From: Laetmonice hystrix
Taxonomy: Eukaryota
Assembly: GCA_965235115.1 (NCBI GenBank)
Contig: OZ249436.1
Coordinates: forward strand, 51,338,001 to 51,402,000
DNA: 64,000 bases
Direction: 5' to 3'
Every line of letters starts with the position of its first letter. The stretch's first letter is position 1. The notes beneath the pieces are model-generated. The model had not been told where the DNA came from. It did not search any database and saw nothing but the letters and a program-made list of their open reading frames with translations. A program made the position numbers and the translations under genes. Positions 40,605-52,791 of this stretch are shown here, one piece after another.

Positions 40605-40678
40605 GTCTCTGTGGCGCAATCGGCTAGCGCGTTAGACTGTTAATCTAAAGGTTGGTGGTTCGAGCCCACCCAGGGACT
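40605..40678 (+). tRNA. tRNA-Asn(GTT)
   Basis: Full cloverleaf GTCTCTG...TTAGA-CT-GTT-AA-TCTAA...GGTTCGAGCC...CAGGGAC-T; T5 terminator 3 nt downstream. Confidence 0.92.
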
Positions 40679-40944
40679 TAATTTTTCCTAATCGCAGTGG
40701 GATTCCATTTTCTAACTGGATTTCTTTCAATATCTATAAAATATATAGAGGAAGCTCTTGCCAGAGTCAGACCGAGGAAGGCTCTGCTGATCACCTCTTA
40801 CGTCCCTCTGAAAATATTCTAATTACGTTGACGCTGAGTCAATCAGCTTAGGGCTAAGGCTAAATTGCAGCCACGCTTTGGAAATAGCCATGATTCAAAT
40901 AAAGAATCCGTCACCGAGTAGGGCCCCCGTATCTATCCTGAAGC

Positions 40945-41016
40945 GGTTCCGTGGTGTAACGGTTAGCACTCAGGACTCTGAATCCTGCGATCCGAGTTCA
41001 AATCTCGGCGGAACCT
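40945..41016 (+). tRNA. tRNA-Gln(CTG)
   Basis: Full cloverleaf GGTTCCG...CAGGA-CT-CTG-AA-TCCTG...CGGAACC-T; T-run downstream. Confidence 0.93.
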
Positions 41017-41271
41017 AAAAGTAATCTTTTTCAAGATTTTTGAAAAAAATATTTGAAGTAGTAATTCCACGAGTTAAATGTTCACGCTCATCTCCCTAGA
41101 TGAAATAACACTTTCCATAAATAAATGTCTGAAATTGTGATAACAGATTGATGGTCCAGGATTATATCAGTGGTAGGGAATGAAAACATAGACGCACAAA
41201 ACCGACATGAAAAGAAGAAAATAAAAGGTGCAATACCATAACTTGGTACCTATTGAAACTGTAATTAACTT

Positions 41272-41342
41272 GTCTCTGTGGAGCAATGGGCTATCGCGTT
41301 AGGGTCACAATCTATTGTTGAGGTCTTTTTAATGCAGGGTGT
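41272..41342 (+). pseudogene. tRNA-Asn-derived relic, module 1 (representative)
   Basis: 5' ~31 nt resembles tRNA-Asn (mutated D arm); T arm replaced by TTTTT. Confidence 0.75.
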
Positions 41343-41398
41343 TCCTTATAACGTCAGGAAGACCATAACTTGGTACCTATGGCACAATTAGATAACTT

Positions 41399-41469
41399 GT
41401 CTCTGTGGCGCAATCGGCTATCGCGTTAGGGTCACAATCTATTGTTGAGGTCTTTTTAATGCAGGGTGT
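41399..41469 (+). pseudogene. tRNA-Asn-derived relic, module 2 (representative)
   Basis: 5' ~31 nt one mismatch from tRNA-Asn; CAC-loop hairpin; no B-box. Confidence 0.78.
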
Positions 41470-41525
41470 TCCTTATAACGTCAGGAAGACCATAACTTGG
41501 TACCTATGGCACAATTAGATAACTT

Positions 41526-41599
41526 GTCTCTGTGGCGCAATCGGCTAGCGCGTTAGACTGTTAATCTAAAGGTTGGTGGTTCGAGCCCACCCAGGGACT
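41526..41599 (+). tRNA. tRNA-Asn(GTT)
   Basis: Matches array consensus. Confidence 0.92.
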
Positions 41600-41865
41600 T
41601 AATTTTTCCTAATCGCAGTGGGATTCCATTTTCTAACTGGATTTCTTTCAATATCTCTAAAATATATAGAGGAAGCTCCTGCCAGAGTCAGACCGAGGAA
41701 GGCTCTGCTGATCACCTCTTACGTCCCTCTGAAAATATTCTAATTACGTTGACGCTGAGTCAATCAGCTTAGGGCTAAGGCTAAATTGCAGCCACGCTTT
41801 GGAAATAGCCATGATTCAAATAAAGAATCCGTCACCGAGTAGGGCCCCCGTATCTATCCTGAAGC

Positions 41866-41937
41866 GGTTCCGTGGTGTAACGGTTAGCACTCAGGACTCT
41901 GAATCCTGCGATCCGAGTTCAAATCTCGGCGGAACCT
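41866..41937 (+). tRNA. tRNA-Gln(CTG)
   Basis: Matches array consensus. Confidence 0.93.
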
Positions 41938-42446
41938 AAGAGTAATCTTTTTCAAGATTTTTGAAAAAAATATTTGAAGTAGTAATTCCACGAGTTAAAT
42001 GTTCACGCTCATCTCCCTAGATGAAATAACACTTTCCATAAATAAATGTCTGAAATTGTGATAACAGATTGATGGTCCAGGATTATATCAGTGGTAGGGA
42101 ATGAAAACATAGACGCACAAAACCGACATGAAAAGAAGAAAATAAAAGGTGCAATACCATAACTTGGTACCTATTGAAACTGTAATTAACTTGTCTCTGT
42201 GGAGCAATGGGCTATCGCGTTAGGGTCACAATCTATTGTTGAGGTCTTTTTAATGCAGGGTGTTCCTTATAACGTCAGGAAGACCATAACTTGGTACCTA
42301 TTGCACAATTAGATAACTTGTCTCTGTGGCGCAATCGGCTATCGCGTTAGGGTCACAATCTATTGTTGAGGTCTTTTTAATGCATGGTGTTCCTTATAAC
42401 GTCAGGAAGACCATAACTTGGTACCTATGGCACAATTAGATAACTT

Positions 42447-42520
42447 GTCTCTGTGGCGCAATCGGCTAGCGCGTTAGACTGTTAATCTAAAGGTTGGTGG
42501 TTCGAGCCCACCCAGGGACT
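42447..42520 (+). tRNA. tRNA-Asn(GTT)
   Basis: Matches array consensus. Confidence 0.92.
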
Positions 42521-42786
42521 TAATTTTTCCTAATCGCAGTGGGATTCCATTTTCTAACTGGATTTCTTTCAATATCTCTAAAATATATAGAGGAAGCTCC
42601 TGCCAGAGTCAGACCGAGGAAGGCTCTGCTGATCACCTCTTACGTCCCTCTGAAAATATTCTAATAAAGTTGACGCTCAGTCAATCAGCTTAGGGCTAAG
42701 GCTAAATTGCAGCCACGCTTTGGAAATAGCCATGATTCAAATAAAGAATCCGTCACCGAGTAGGGCCCCCGTCTCTCTCCTGAAGC

Positions 42787-42858
42787 GGTTCCGTGGTGTA
42801 ACGGTTAGCACTCAGGACTCTGAATCCTGCGATCCGAGTTCAAATCTCGGCGGAACCT
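42787..42858 (+). tRNA. tRNA-Gln(CTG)
   Basis: Matches array consensus. Confidence 0.93.
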
Positions 42859-43367
42859 AAGGGTAATCTTTTTTACGATTTTTGAAAAAAATATTTGAAG
42901 TAGTAATTTCAATAGTTAAATGTTCACGCTCATCTCCCTAGATGAAATAACACTTTCCATAAATAAATGTCTGAAATTGTGATAACAGATTGATGGTCCA
43001 GGATTATATCAGTGGTAGGGAATGAAAACATAGACGCACAAAACCGACATGAAAAGAAGAAAATAAAAGGTGCAATACCATAACTTGGTACCTATTGAAA
43101 CTGTAATTAACTTGTCTCTGTGGAGCAATGGGCTATCGCGTTAGGGTCACAATCTATTGTTGAGGTCTTTTTAATGCAGGGTGTTCCTTATAACGTCAGG
43201 AAGACCATAACTTGGTACCTATGGCACAATTAGATAACTTGTCTCTGTGGCGCAATCGGCTATCGCGTTAGGGTCACAATCTATTGTTGAGGTCTTTTTA
43301 ATGCAGGGTGTTCCTTATAACGTCAGGAAGACCATAACTTGGTACCTATGGCACAGTTAGATAACTT

Positions 43368-43441
43368 GTCTCTGTGGCGCAATCGGCTAGCGCGTTAGAC
43401 TGTTAATCTAAAGGTTGGTGGTTCGAGCCCACCCAGGGACT
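43368..43441 (+). tRNA. tRNA-Asn(GTT)
   Basis: Matches array consensus. Confidence 0.92.
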
Positions 43442-43707
43442 TAATTTTTCCTAATCGCAGTGGGATTCCATTTTCTAACTGGATTTCTTTCAATATCTCT
43501 AAAATATATAGAGGAAGCTCCTGCCAGAGTCAGACCGAGGAAGGCTCTGCTGATCACCTCTTACGTCCCTCTGAAAATATTCTAATAAAGTTGACGCTCA
43601 GTCAATCAGCTTAGGGCTAAGGCTAAATTGCAGCCACGCTTTGGAAATAGCCATGATTCAAATAAAGAATCCGTCACCGAGTAGGGCCCCCGTCTCTATC
43701 CTGAAGC

Positions 43708-43779
43708 GGTTCCGTGGTGTAACGGTTAGCACTCAGGACTCTGAATCCTGCGATCCGAGTTCAAATCTCGGCGGAACCT
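43708..43779 (+). tRNA. tRNA-Gln(CTG)
   Basis: Matches array consensus. Confidence 0.93.
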
Positions 43780-44288
43780 AAGGGTAATCTTTTTTACGAT
43801 TTTTGAAAAAAATATTTGAAGTAGTAATTTCAATAGTTAAATGTTCACGCTCATCTCCCTAGATGAAATAACACTTTCCATAAATAAATGTCTGAAATTG
43901 TGATAACAGATTGATGGTCCAGGATTATATCAGTGGTAGGGAATGAAAACATAGACGCACAAAACCGACATGAAAAGAAGAAAATAAAAGGTGCAATACC
44001 ATAACTTGGTACCTATTGAAACTGTAATTAACTTGTCTCTGTGGAGCAATGGGCTATCGCGTTAGGGTCACAATCTATTGTTGAGGTCTTTTTAATGCAG
44101 GGTGTTCCTTATAACGTCAGGAAGACCATAACTTGGTACCTATGGCACAATTAGATAACTTGTCTCTGTGGCGCAATCGGCTATCGCGTTAGGGTCACAA
44201 TCTATTGTTGAGGTCTTTTTAATGCAGGGTGTTCCTTATAACGTCAGGAAGACCATAACTTGGTACCTATGGCACAGTTAGATAACTT

Positions 44289-44362
44289 GTCTCTGTGGCG
44301 CAATCGGCTAGCGCGTTAGACTGTTAATCTAAAGGTTGGTGGTTCGAGCCCACCCAGGGACT
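44289..44362 (+). tRNA. tRNA-Asn(GTT)
   Basis: Matches array consensus. Confidence 0.92.
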
Positions 44363-44628
44363 TAATTTTTCCTAATCGCAGTGGGATTCCATTTTCTAAC
44401 TGGATTTCTTTCAATATCTCTAAAATATATAGAGGAAGCTCCTGCCAGAGTCAGACCGAGGAAGGCTCTGCTGATCACCTCTTACGTCCCTCTGAAAATA
44501 TTCTAATAAAGTTGACGCTCAGTCAATCAGCTTAGGGCTAAGGCTAAATTGCAGCCACGCTTTGGAAATAGCCATGATTCAAATAAAGAATCCGTCACCG
44601 AGTAGGGCCCCCGTCTCTATCCTGAAGC

Positions 44629-44700
44629 GGTTCCGTGGTGTAACGGTTAGCACTCAGGACTCTGAATCCTGCGATCCGAGTTCAAATCTCGGCGGAACCT
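44629..44700 (+). tRNA. tRNA-Gln(CTG)
   Basis: Matches array consensus. Confidence 0.93.
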
Positions 44701-45209
44701 AAGGGTAATCTTTTTTACGATTTTTGAAAAAAATATTTGAAGTAGTAATTTCAATAGTTAAATGTTCACGCTCATCTCCCTAGATGAAATAACACTTTCC
44801 ATAAATAAATGTCTGAAATTGTGATAACAGATTGATGGTCCAGGATTATATCAGTGGTAGGGAATGAAAACATAGACGCACAAAACCGACATGAAAAGAA
44901 GAAAATAAGAGGTGCAATACCATAACTTAGTACCTATGGAAACTGTAATTAACTTGTCTCTGTGGAGCAATCGGCTATCGCGTTAGGGTCACAATCTATT
45001 GTTGAGGTTTTTTTAATGCAGGGTGTTCCTTATAACGTCAGGAAGACCATAACTTGGTACCTATGGCACAATTAGATAACCTGTCTCTGTGGCGCAATCG
45101 GCTATCGCGTTAGGGTCACAATCTATTGTTGAGGTCTTTTTAATGCAGGGTGTTCCTTATAACGTCAGGAAGAGCATATGTTGGTACCGATGGCACAATT
45201 AGATAAATT

Positions 45210-45283
45210 GTCTCTGTGGCGCAATCGGCTAGCGCGTTAGACTGTTAATCTAAAGGTTGGTGGTTCGAGCCCACCCAGGGACT
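45210..45283 (+). tRNA. tRNA-Asn(GTT)
   Basis: Matches array consensus. Confidence 0.92.
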
Positions 45284-45549
45284 TAATTTTTCCTAATCGC
45301 AGTGGGATTCCATTTTCTAACTGGATTTCTTTCAATATCTATAAAATATATAGAGGAAGCTCTTGCCAGAGTCAGACCGAGGAAGGTTCTGCTGATCACC
45401 TCTTACGTCCCTCTGAAAATATTCTAATTACGTTGACGCTGAGTCAATCAGCTTAGGGCTAAGGCTAAATTGCAGCCACGCTTTGGAAATAGCCATGATT
45501 CAAATAAAGAATTCGTCACCAAGTAGGGCCCCCGTCTCTATCCTGAAGC

Positions 45550-45621
45550 GGTTCCGTGCTGTAACGGTTAGCACTCAGCGCTCTGAATCCTGCGATCCGA
45601 GTTCAAATCTCGGCGGAACCT
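45550..45621 (+). tRNA. tRNA-Gln(CTG), probably defective
   Basis: G10C and anticodon stem CAGCG (two mismatches). Confidence 0.65.
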
Positions 45622-46130
45622 AAGAGTAATCTTTTTCAAGATTTTTGAAAAAAATATTTGAAGTAGTAATTCCACGAGTTAAATGTTCACGCTCATCTCC
45701 CTAGATGAAATAACACTTTCCATAAATAAATGTCTGAAATTGTGATAACAGATTGATGGTCCAGGATTATATCAGTGGTAGGGAATGAAAACATAGACGC
45801 ACAAAACCGACATGAAAAGAAGAAAATGAAAGGTGCAATACCATAACTTGGTACCTATTGAAACTGTAATTAACTTGTCTCTGTGGAGCAATGGGCTATC
45901 GCGTTAGGGTCACAATCTATTGTTGAGGTCTTTTTAATGCAGGGTGTTCCTTATAACGTCAGGAAGACCATAACTTGGTACCTATGGCACAATTAGATAA
46001 CTTGTCTCTGTGGCGCAATCGGCTATCGCGTTAGGGTCACAATCTATTGTTGAGGTCTTTTTAATGCAGGGTGTTCCTTATAACGTCAGGAAGAGCATAT
46101 GTTGGTACCGATGGCACAATTAGATAAATT

Positions 46131-46204
46131 GTCTCTGTGGCGCAATCGGCTAGCGCGTTAGACTGTTAATCTAAAGGTTGGTGGTTCGAGCCCACCCAGG
46201 GACT
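46131..46204 (+). tRNA. tRNA-Asn(GTT)
   Basis: Matches array consensus. Confidence 0.92.
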
Positions 46205-46470
46205 TAATTTTTCCTAATCGCAGTGGGATTCCATTTTCTAACTGGATTTCTTTCAATATCTATAAAATATATAGAGGAACCTCTTTCCAGAGTCAGACCG
46301 AGGAAGGTTCTGCTGATCACCTCTTACGTCCCTCTGAAAATATTCTAATTACGTTGACGCTGAGTCAATCAGCTTAGGGCTAAGGCTAAATTGCAGCCAC
46401 ACTTTGGAAATAGCCATGATTCAAATAAAGAATTCGTCACCGAGTAGGGCCCCCGTCTCTATCCTGAAGC

Positions 46471-46542
46471 GGTTCCGTGCTGTAACGGTTAGCACTCAGC
46501 GCTCTGAATCCTGCGATCCGAGTTCAAATCTCGGCGGAACCT
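46471..46542 (+). tRNA. tRNA-Gln(CTG), probably defective
   Basis: Same G10C + CAGCG lesions as 45550. Confidence 0.65.
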
Positions 46543-47051
46543 AAGAGTAATTTTTTTCAAGATTTTTGAAAAAAATATTTGAAGTAGTAATTCCACGAGT
46601 TAAATGTTCACGCTCATCTCCCTAGATGAAATAACACTTTCCATAAATAAATGTCTGAATTTGTGATAACAGATTGATGGTCCAGGATTATATCAGTGGT
46701 AGGGAATGAAAACATAGACGCACAAAACCGACATGAAAAGAAGAAAATAAAAGGTGCAATACCATAACTTGGTACCTATTGAAACTGTAATTAACTTGTC
46801 TCTGTGGAGCAATGGGCTATCGCGTTAGGGTCACAATCTATTGTTGAGGTCTTTTTAATGCAGGGTGTTCCTTATAACGTCAGGAAGACCATAACGTGGT
46901 ACCTATGGCACAATTAGATAACTTGTCTCTGTGGCGCAATCGGCTATCGCGTTAGGGTCACAATCTATTGTTGAGGTCTTTTTAATGCAGGGTGTTCCTT
47001 ATAACGTCAGGAAGACCATAACTTGGTACCTATGGCACAATTAGATAACTT

Positions 47052-47125
47052 GTCTCTGTGGCGCAATCGGCTAGCGCGTTAGACTGTTAATCTAAAGGTT
47101 GGTGGTTCGAGCCCACCCAGGGACT
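47052..47125 (+). tRNA. tRNA-Asn(GTT)
   Basis: Matches array consensus. Confidence 0.92.
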
Positions 47126-47391
47126 TAATCTTTCCTAATCGCAGTGGGATTCCATTTTCTAACTGGATTTCTTTCAATATCTCTAAAATATATAGAGGAA
47201 GCTCCTGCCGGAGTCAGACCGAGGAAGGCTCTGCTGATGACCTCTTACGTCCCTCTGAAAATATTCTAATAAAGTTGACGCTCAGTCAATCAGCTTAGGG
47301 CTAAGGCTAAATTGCAGCCACGCTTTGGAAATAGCCATGATTCAAATAAAGAATCCGTCACCGAGTAGGGCCCCCGTCTCTATCCTGAAGC

Positions 47392-47463
47392 GGTTCCGTG
47401 GTGTAACGGTTAGCACTCAGGACTCTGAATCCTGCGATCCGAGTTCAAATCTCGGCGGAACCT
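47392..47463 (+). tRNA. tRNA-Gln(CTG)
   Basis: Matches array consensus. Confidence 0.93.
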
Positions 47464-47973
47464 AAGGGTAATCTTTTTTTTACGATTTTTGAAAAAAATA
47501 TTTGAAGTAGTAATTTCAATAGTTAAATGTTCACGCTCATCTCCCTAGATGAAATAACACTTTCCATAAATAAATGTCTGAAATTGTGATAACAGATTGA
47601 TGGTCCAGGATTATATCAGTGGTAGGGAATGAAAACATAGACGCACAAAACCGACATGAAAAGAAGAAAGTAGAGGTGCAATACCATAACTTAGTACCTA
47701 TGGAAACTGTAATTAACTTGTCTCTGTGGAGCAATCGGCTATCGCGTTAGGGTCACAATCTATTGTTGAGGTCTTTTTAATGCAGGGTGTTCCTTATAAC
47801 GTCAGGAAGACCATAACTTGGTACCTATGGCACAATTAGATAACTTGTCTCTGTGGCGCAATCGGCTATCGCGTTAGGTTCACAATCTATTGTTGAGGTC
47901 TTTTTAATGCAGGGTGTTCCTTATAACGTCAGGAAGAGCATAAGTTGGTACCGATGGCACAATTAGATAAATT

Positions 47974-48047
47974 GTCTCTGTGGCGCAATCGGCTAGCGCG
48001 TTAGACTGTTAATCTAAAGGTTGGTGGTTCGAGCCCACCCAGGGACT
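47974..48047 (+). tRNA. tRNA-Asn(GTT)
   Basis: Matches array consensus. Confidence 0.92.
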
Positions 48048-48313
48048 TAATTTTTCCTAATCGCAGTGGGATTCCATTTTCTAACTGGATTTCTTTCAAT
48101 ATCTATAAAATATATAGAGGAAGCTCTTGCCAGAGTCAGACCGAGGAAGGTTCTGCTGATCACCTCTTACGTCCCTCTGAAAATATTCTAATTACGTTGA
48201 CGCTGAGTCAATCAGCTTAGGGCTAAGGCTAAATTGCAGCCACGCTTTGGAAATAGCCATGATTCAAATAAAGAATCCGTCACCGAGTAGGGCCCCCGTA
48301 TCTATCCTGAAGC

Positions 48314-48385
48314 GGTTCCGTGGTGTAACGGTTAGCACTCAGGACTCTGAATCCTGCGATCCGAGTTCAAATCTCGGCGGAACCT
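48314..48385 (+). tRNA. tRNA-Gln(CTG)
   Basis: Matches array consensus. Confidence 0.93.
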
Positions 48386-48767
48386 AAGAGTAATCTTTTT
48401 CAAGATTTTTGAAAAAAATATTTGAAGTAGTAATTCCACGAGTTAAATGTTCACGCTCATCTCCCTAGATGAAATAACACTTTCCATAAATAAATGTCTG
48501 AAATTGTGATAACAGATTGATGGTCCAGGATTATATCAGTGGTAGGGAATGAAAACATAGACGCACAAAACCGACATGAAAAGAAGAAAATAAGAGGTGC
48601 AATACCATAACTTGGTACCTATGGCACAATTAGATAACTTGTCTCTGTGGCGCAATCGGCTATCGCGTTAGGGTCACAATCTATTGTTGAGTTCTTTTTA
48701 ATGCAGGGTGTTCCTTATAACGTCAGGAAGACCATAACTTGGTACCTATGGCACAATTAGAAAACTT

Positions 48768-48841
48768 GTCTCTGTGGCGCAATCGGCTAGCGCGTTAGAC
48801 TGTTAATCTAAAGGTTGGTGGTTCGAGCCCACCCAGGGACT
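48768..48841 (+). tRNA. tRNA-Asn(GTT)
   Basis: Matches consensus; unit has only one relic module. Confidence 0.92.
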
Positions 48842-49107
48842 TAATTTTTCCTAATCGCAGTGGGATTCCATTTTCTAACTGGATTTCTTTCAATATCTCT
48901 AAAATATATAGAGGAAGCTCCTGCCAGAGTCAGACCGAGGAAGGCTCTGCTGATCACCTCTTACGTCCCTCTGAAAATATTCTAATAAAGTTGACGCTCA
49001 GTCAATCAGCTTAGGGCTAAGGCTAAATTGCAGCCACGCTTTGGAAATAGCCATGATTCAAATAAAGAATCCGTCACCGAGTAGGGCCCCCGTCTCTATC
49101 CTGAAGC

Positions 49108-49179
49108 GGTTCCGTGGTGTAACGGTTAGCACTCAGGACTCTGAATCCTGCGATCCGAGTTCAAATCTCGGAGGAACCT
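49108..49179 (+). tRNA. tRNA-Gln(CTG) variant
   Basis: Acceptor-stem mismatch (CTCGGAGGAACC). Confidence 0.8.
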
Positions 49180-49688
49180 AAGGGTAATCTTTTTTACGAT
49201 TTTTGAAAAAAATATTTGAAGTAGTAATTTCAATAGTTAAATGTTCACGCTCATCTCCCTAGATGAAATAACACTTTCCATAAATAAATGTCTGAAATTG
49301 TGATAACAGATTGATGGTCCAGGATTATATCAGTGGTAGGGAATGAAAACATAGACGCACAAAACCGACATGAAAAGAAGAAAATAAGAGGTGCAATACC
49401 ATAACTTAGTACCTATGGAAACTGTAATTAACTTGTCTCTGTGGAGCAATCGGCTATCGCGTTAGGGTCACAATCTATTGTTGAGGTTTTTTTAATGCAG
49501 GGTGTTCCTTATAACGTCAGGAAGACCATAACTTGGTACCTATGGCACAATTAGATAACTTGTCTCTGTGGCGCAATCGGCTATCGCGTTAGGGTCACAA
49601 TCTATTGTTGAGGTCTTTTTAATGCAGGGTGTTCCTTATAACGTCAGGAAGAGCATATGTTGGTACCGATGGCACAATTAGATAAAGT

Positions 49689-49762
49689 GTCTCTGTGGCG
49701 CAATCGGCTAGCGCGTTAGACTGTTAATCTAACGGTTGGTGGTTCGAGCCCAACCAGGGACT
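49689..49762 (+). tRNA. tRNA-Asn(GTT) variant
   Basis: T-stem mismatch (CCAAC) and variable-loop change. Confidence 0.75.
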
Positions 49763-50028
49763 TAATTTTTCCTAATCGCAGTGGGATTCCATTTTCTAAC
49801 TGGATTTCTTTCAATATCTATAAAATATATAGAGGAAGCTCTTGCCAGAGTCAGACCGAGGAAGGTTCTGCTGATCACCTCTTACGTCCCTCTGAAAATA
49901 TTCTAATTACGTTGACGCTGAGTCAATCAGTTTAGGGCTAAGGCTAAATTGCAGCCACGCTTTGGAAATAGCCATGATTCAAATAAAGAATCCGTCACCG
50001 AGTAGGGCCGCCGTCTCTATCCTGAAGC

Positions 50029-50100
50029 GGTTCCGTGCTGTAACGGTTAGCACTCAGGACTCTGAATCCTGCGATCCGAGTTCAAATCTCGGCGGAACCT
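50029..50100 (+). tRNA. tRNA-Gln(CTG) variant
   Basis: G10C. Confidence 0.78.
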
Positions 50101-50609
50101 AAGAGTAATCTTTTTTACGATTTTTGAAAAAAATATTTGAAGTAGTAATTCCACGAGTTAAATGTTCACGCTCATCTCCCTAGATGAAATAACACTTTCC
50201 ATAAATAAATGTCTGAAATTGTGATAACAGATTGATGGTCCAGGATTATATCAGTGGTAGGGAATGAAAACATAGACGCACAAAACCGACATGAAAAGAA
50301 GAAAATAAAAGGTGCAATACCATAACTTGGTACCTATGGAAACTGTAATTAACTTGTCTCTGTGGAGCAATCGGCTATCGCGTTAGGGTCACAATCTATT
50401 GTTGAGGTCTTTTTAATGCAGGGTGTTCCTTATAACGTCAGGAAGACCATAACTTGGTACCTATGGCACAATTAGATAACTTGTCTCTGTGGCGCAATCG
50501 GCTATCGCGTTAGGGTCACAATCTATTGTTGAGGTCTTTTTAATGCAGGGTGTTCCTTATAACGTCAGGAAGACCATAACTTGGTACCTATGGCACAATT
50601 AGATAACTT

Positions 50610-50683
50610 GTCTCTGTGGCGCAATCGGCTAGCGCGTTAGACTGTTAATCTAAAGGTTGGTGGTTCGAGCCCACCCAGGGACT
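50610..50683 (+). tRNA. tRNA-Asn(GTT)
   Basis: Matches array consensus. Confidence 0.92.
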
Positions 50684-50949
50684 TAATTTTTCCTAATCGC
50701 AGTGGGATTCCATTTTCTAACTGGATTTCTTTCAATATCTCTAAAATATATAGAGGAAGCTCCTGCCAGAGTCAGACCGAGGAAGGCTCTGCTGATCACC
50801 TCTTACGTCCCTCTGAAAATATTCTAATAAAGTTGACGCTCAGTCAATCAGCTTAGGGCTAAGGCTAAATTGCAGCCACGCTTTGGAAATAGCCATGATT
50901 CAAATAAAGAATCCGTCACCGAGTAGGGCCCCCGTCTCTATCCTGAAGC

Positions 50950-51021
50950 GGTTCCGTGGTGTAACGGTTAGCACTCAGGACTCTGAATCCTGCGATCCGA
51001 GTTCAAATCTCGGAGGAACCT
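50950..51021 (+). tRNA. tRNA-Gln(CTG) variant
   Basis: Same acceptor-stem mismatch as 49108. Confidence 0.8.
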
Positions 51022-51530
51022 AAGGGTAATCTTTTTTACGATTTTTGAAAAAAATATTTGAAGTAGTAATTTCAATAGTTAAATGTTCACGCTCATCTCC
51101 CTAGATGAAATAACACTTTCCATAAATAAATGTCTGAAATTGTGATAACAGATTGATGGTCCAGGATTATATCAGTGGTAGGGAATGAAAACATAGACGC
51201 ACAAAACCGACATGAAAAGAAGAAAATAAGAGGTGCAATACCATAACTTAGTACCTATGGAAACTGTAATTAACTTGTCTCTGTGGAGCAATCGGCTATC
51301 GCGTTAGGGTCACAATCTATTGTTGAGGTTTTTTTAATGCAGGGTGTTCCTTATAACGTCAGGAAGACCATAACTTGGTACCTATGGCACAATTAGATAA
51401 CTTGTCTCTGTGGCGCAATCGGCTATCGCGTTAGGGTCACAATCTATTGTTGAGGTCTTTTTAATGCAGGGTGTTCCTTATAACGTCAGGAAGAGCATAT
51501 GTTGGTACCGATGGCACAATTAGATAAAGT

Positions 51531-51604
51531 GTCTCTGTGGCGCAATCGGCTAGCGCGTTAGACTGTTAATCTAAAGGTTGGTGGTTCGAGCCCACCCAGG
51601 GACT
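51531..51604 (+). tRNA. tRNA-Asn(GTT)
   Basis: Matches array consensus. Confidence 0.92.
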
Positions 51605-51870
51605 TAATTTTTCCTAATCGCAGTGGGATTCCATTTTCTAACTGGATTTCTTTCAATATCTATAAAATATATAGAGGAAGCTCTTGCCAGAGTCAGACCG
51701 AGGAAGGTTCTGCTGATCACCTCTTACGTCCCTCTGAAAATATTCTAATTACGTTGACGCTGAGTCAATCAGTTTAGGGCTAAGGCTAAATTGCAGCCAC
51801 GCTTTGGAAATAGCCATGATTCAAATAAAGAATCCGTCACCGAGTAGGGCCCCCGTCTCTATCCTGAAGC

Positions 51871-51942
51871 GGTTCCGTGCTGTAACGGTTAGCACTCAGG
51901 ACTCTGAATCCTGCGATCCGAGTTCAAATCTCGGCGGAACCT
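51871..51942 (+). tRNA. tRNA-Gln(CTG) variant
   Basis: G10C as 50029. Confidence 0.78.
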
Positions 51943-52451
51943 AAGAGTAATCTTTTTTACGATTTTTGAAAAAAATATTTGAAGTAGTAATTCCACGAGT
52001 TAAATGTTCACGCTCATCTCCCTAGATGAAATAACACTTTCCATAAATAAATGTCTGAAATTGTGATAACAGATTGATGGTCCAGGATTATATCAGTGGT
52101 AGGGAATGAAAACATAGACGCACAAAACCGACATGAAAAGAAGAAAATAAAAGGTGCAATACCATAACTTGGTACCTATGGAAACTGTAATTAACTTGTC
52201 TCTGTGGAGCAATCGGCTATCGCGTTAGGGTCACAATCTATTGTTGAGGTCTTTTTAATGCAGGGTGTTCCTTATAACGTCAGGAAGACCATAACTTGGT
52301 ACCTATGGCACAATTAGATAACTTGTCTCTGTGGCGCAATCGGCTATCGCGTTAGGGTCACAATCTATTGTTGAGGTCTTTTTAATGCAGGGTGTTCCTT
52401 ATAACGTCAGGAAGACCATAACTTGGTACCTATGGCACAATTAGATAACTT

Positions 52452-52525
52452 GTCTCTGTGGCGCAATCGGCTAGCGCGTTAGACTGTTAATCTAAAGGTT
52501 GGTGGTTCGAGCCCACCCAGGGACT
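52452..52525 (+). tRNA. tRNA-Asn(GTT)
   Basis: Matches array consensus. Confidence 0.92.
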
Positions 52526-52791
52526 TAATTTTTCCTAATCGCAGTGGGATTCCATTTTCTAACTGGATTTCTTTCAATATCTCTAAAATATATAGAGGAA
52601 GCTCCTGCCAGAGTCAGACCGAGGAAGGCTCTGCTGATCACCTCTTACGTCCCTCTGAAAATATTCTAATAAAGTTGACGCTCAGTCAATCAGCTTAGGG
52701 CTAAGGCTAAATTGCAGCCACGCTTTGGAAATAGCCATGATTCAAATAAAGAATCCGTCACCGAGTAGGGCCCCCGTATCTATCCTGAAGC

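Noticed and set aside
40679..40944. snRNA or 5S gene in the Asn-Gln spacer
   Set aside because: No recognisable U-snRNA or 5S sequence; a covariance-model scan would be needed to exclude it fully.
41399..41469. Functional tRNA-Val(CAC) genes in the 127-bp modules
   Set aside because: No T arm or B-box, internal T5 terminator, D-stem mismatch and incomplete acceptor stem; kept only as tRNA-derived relics.
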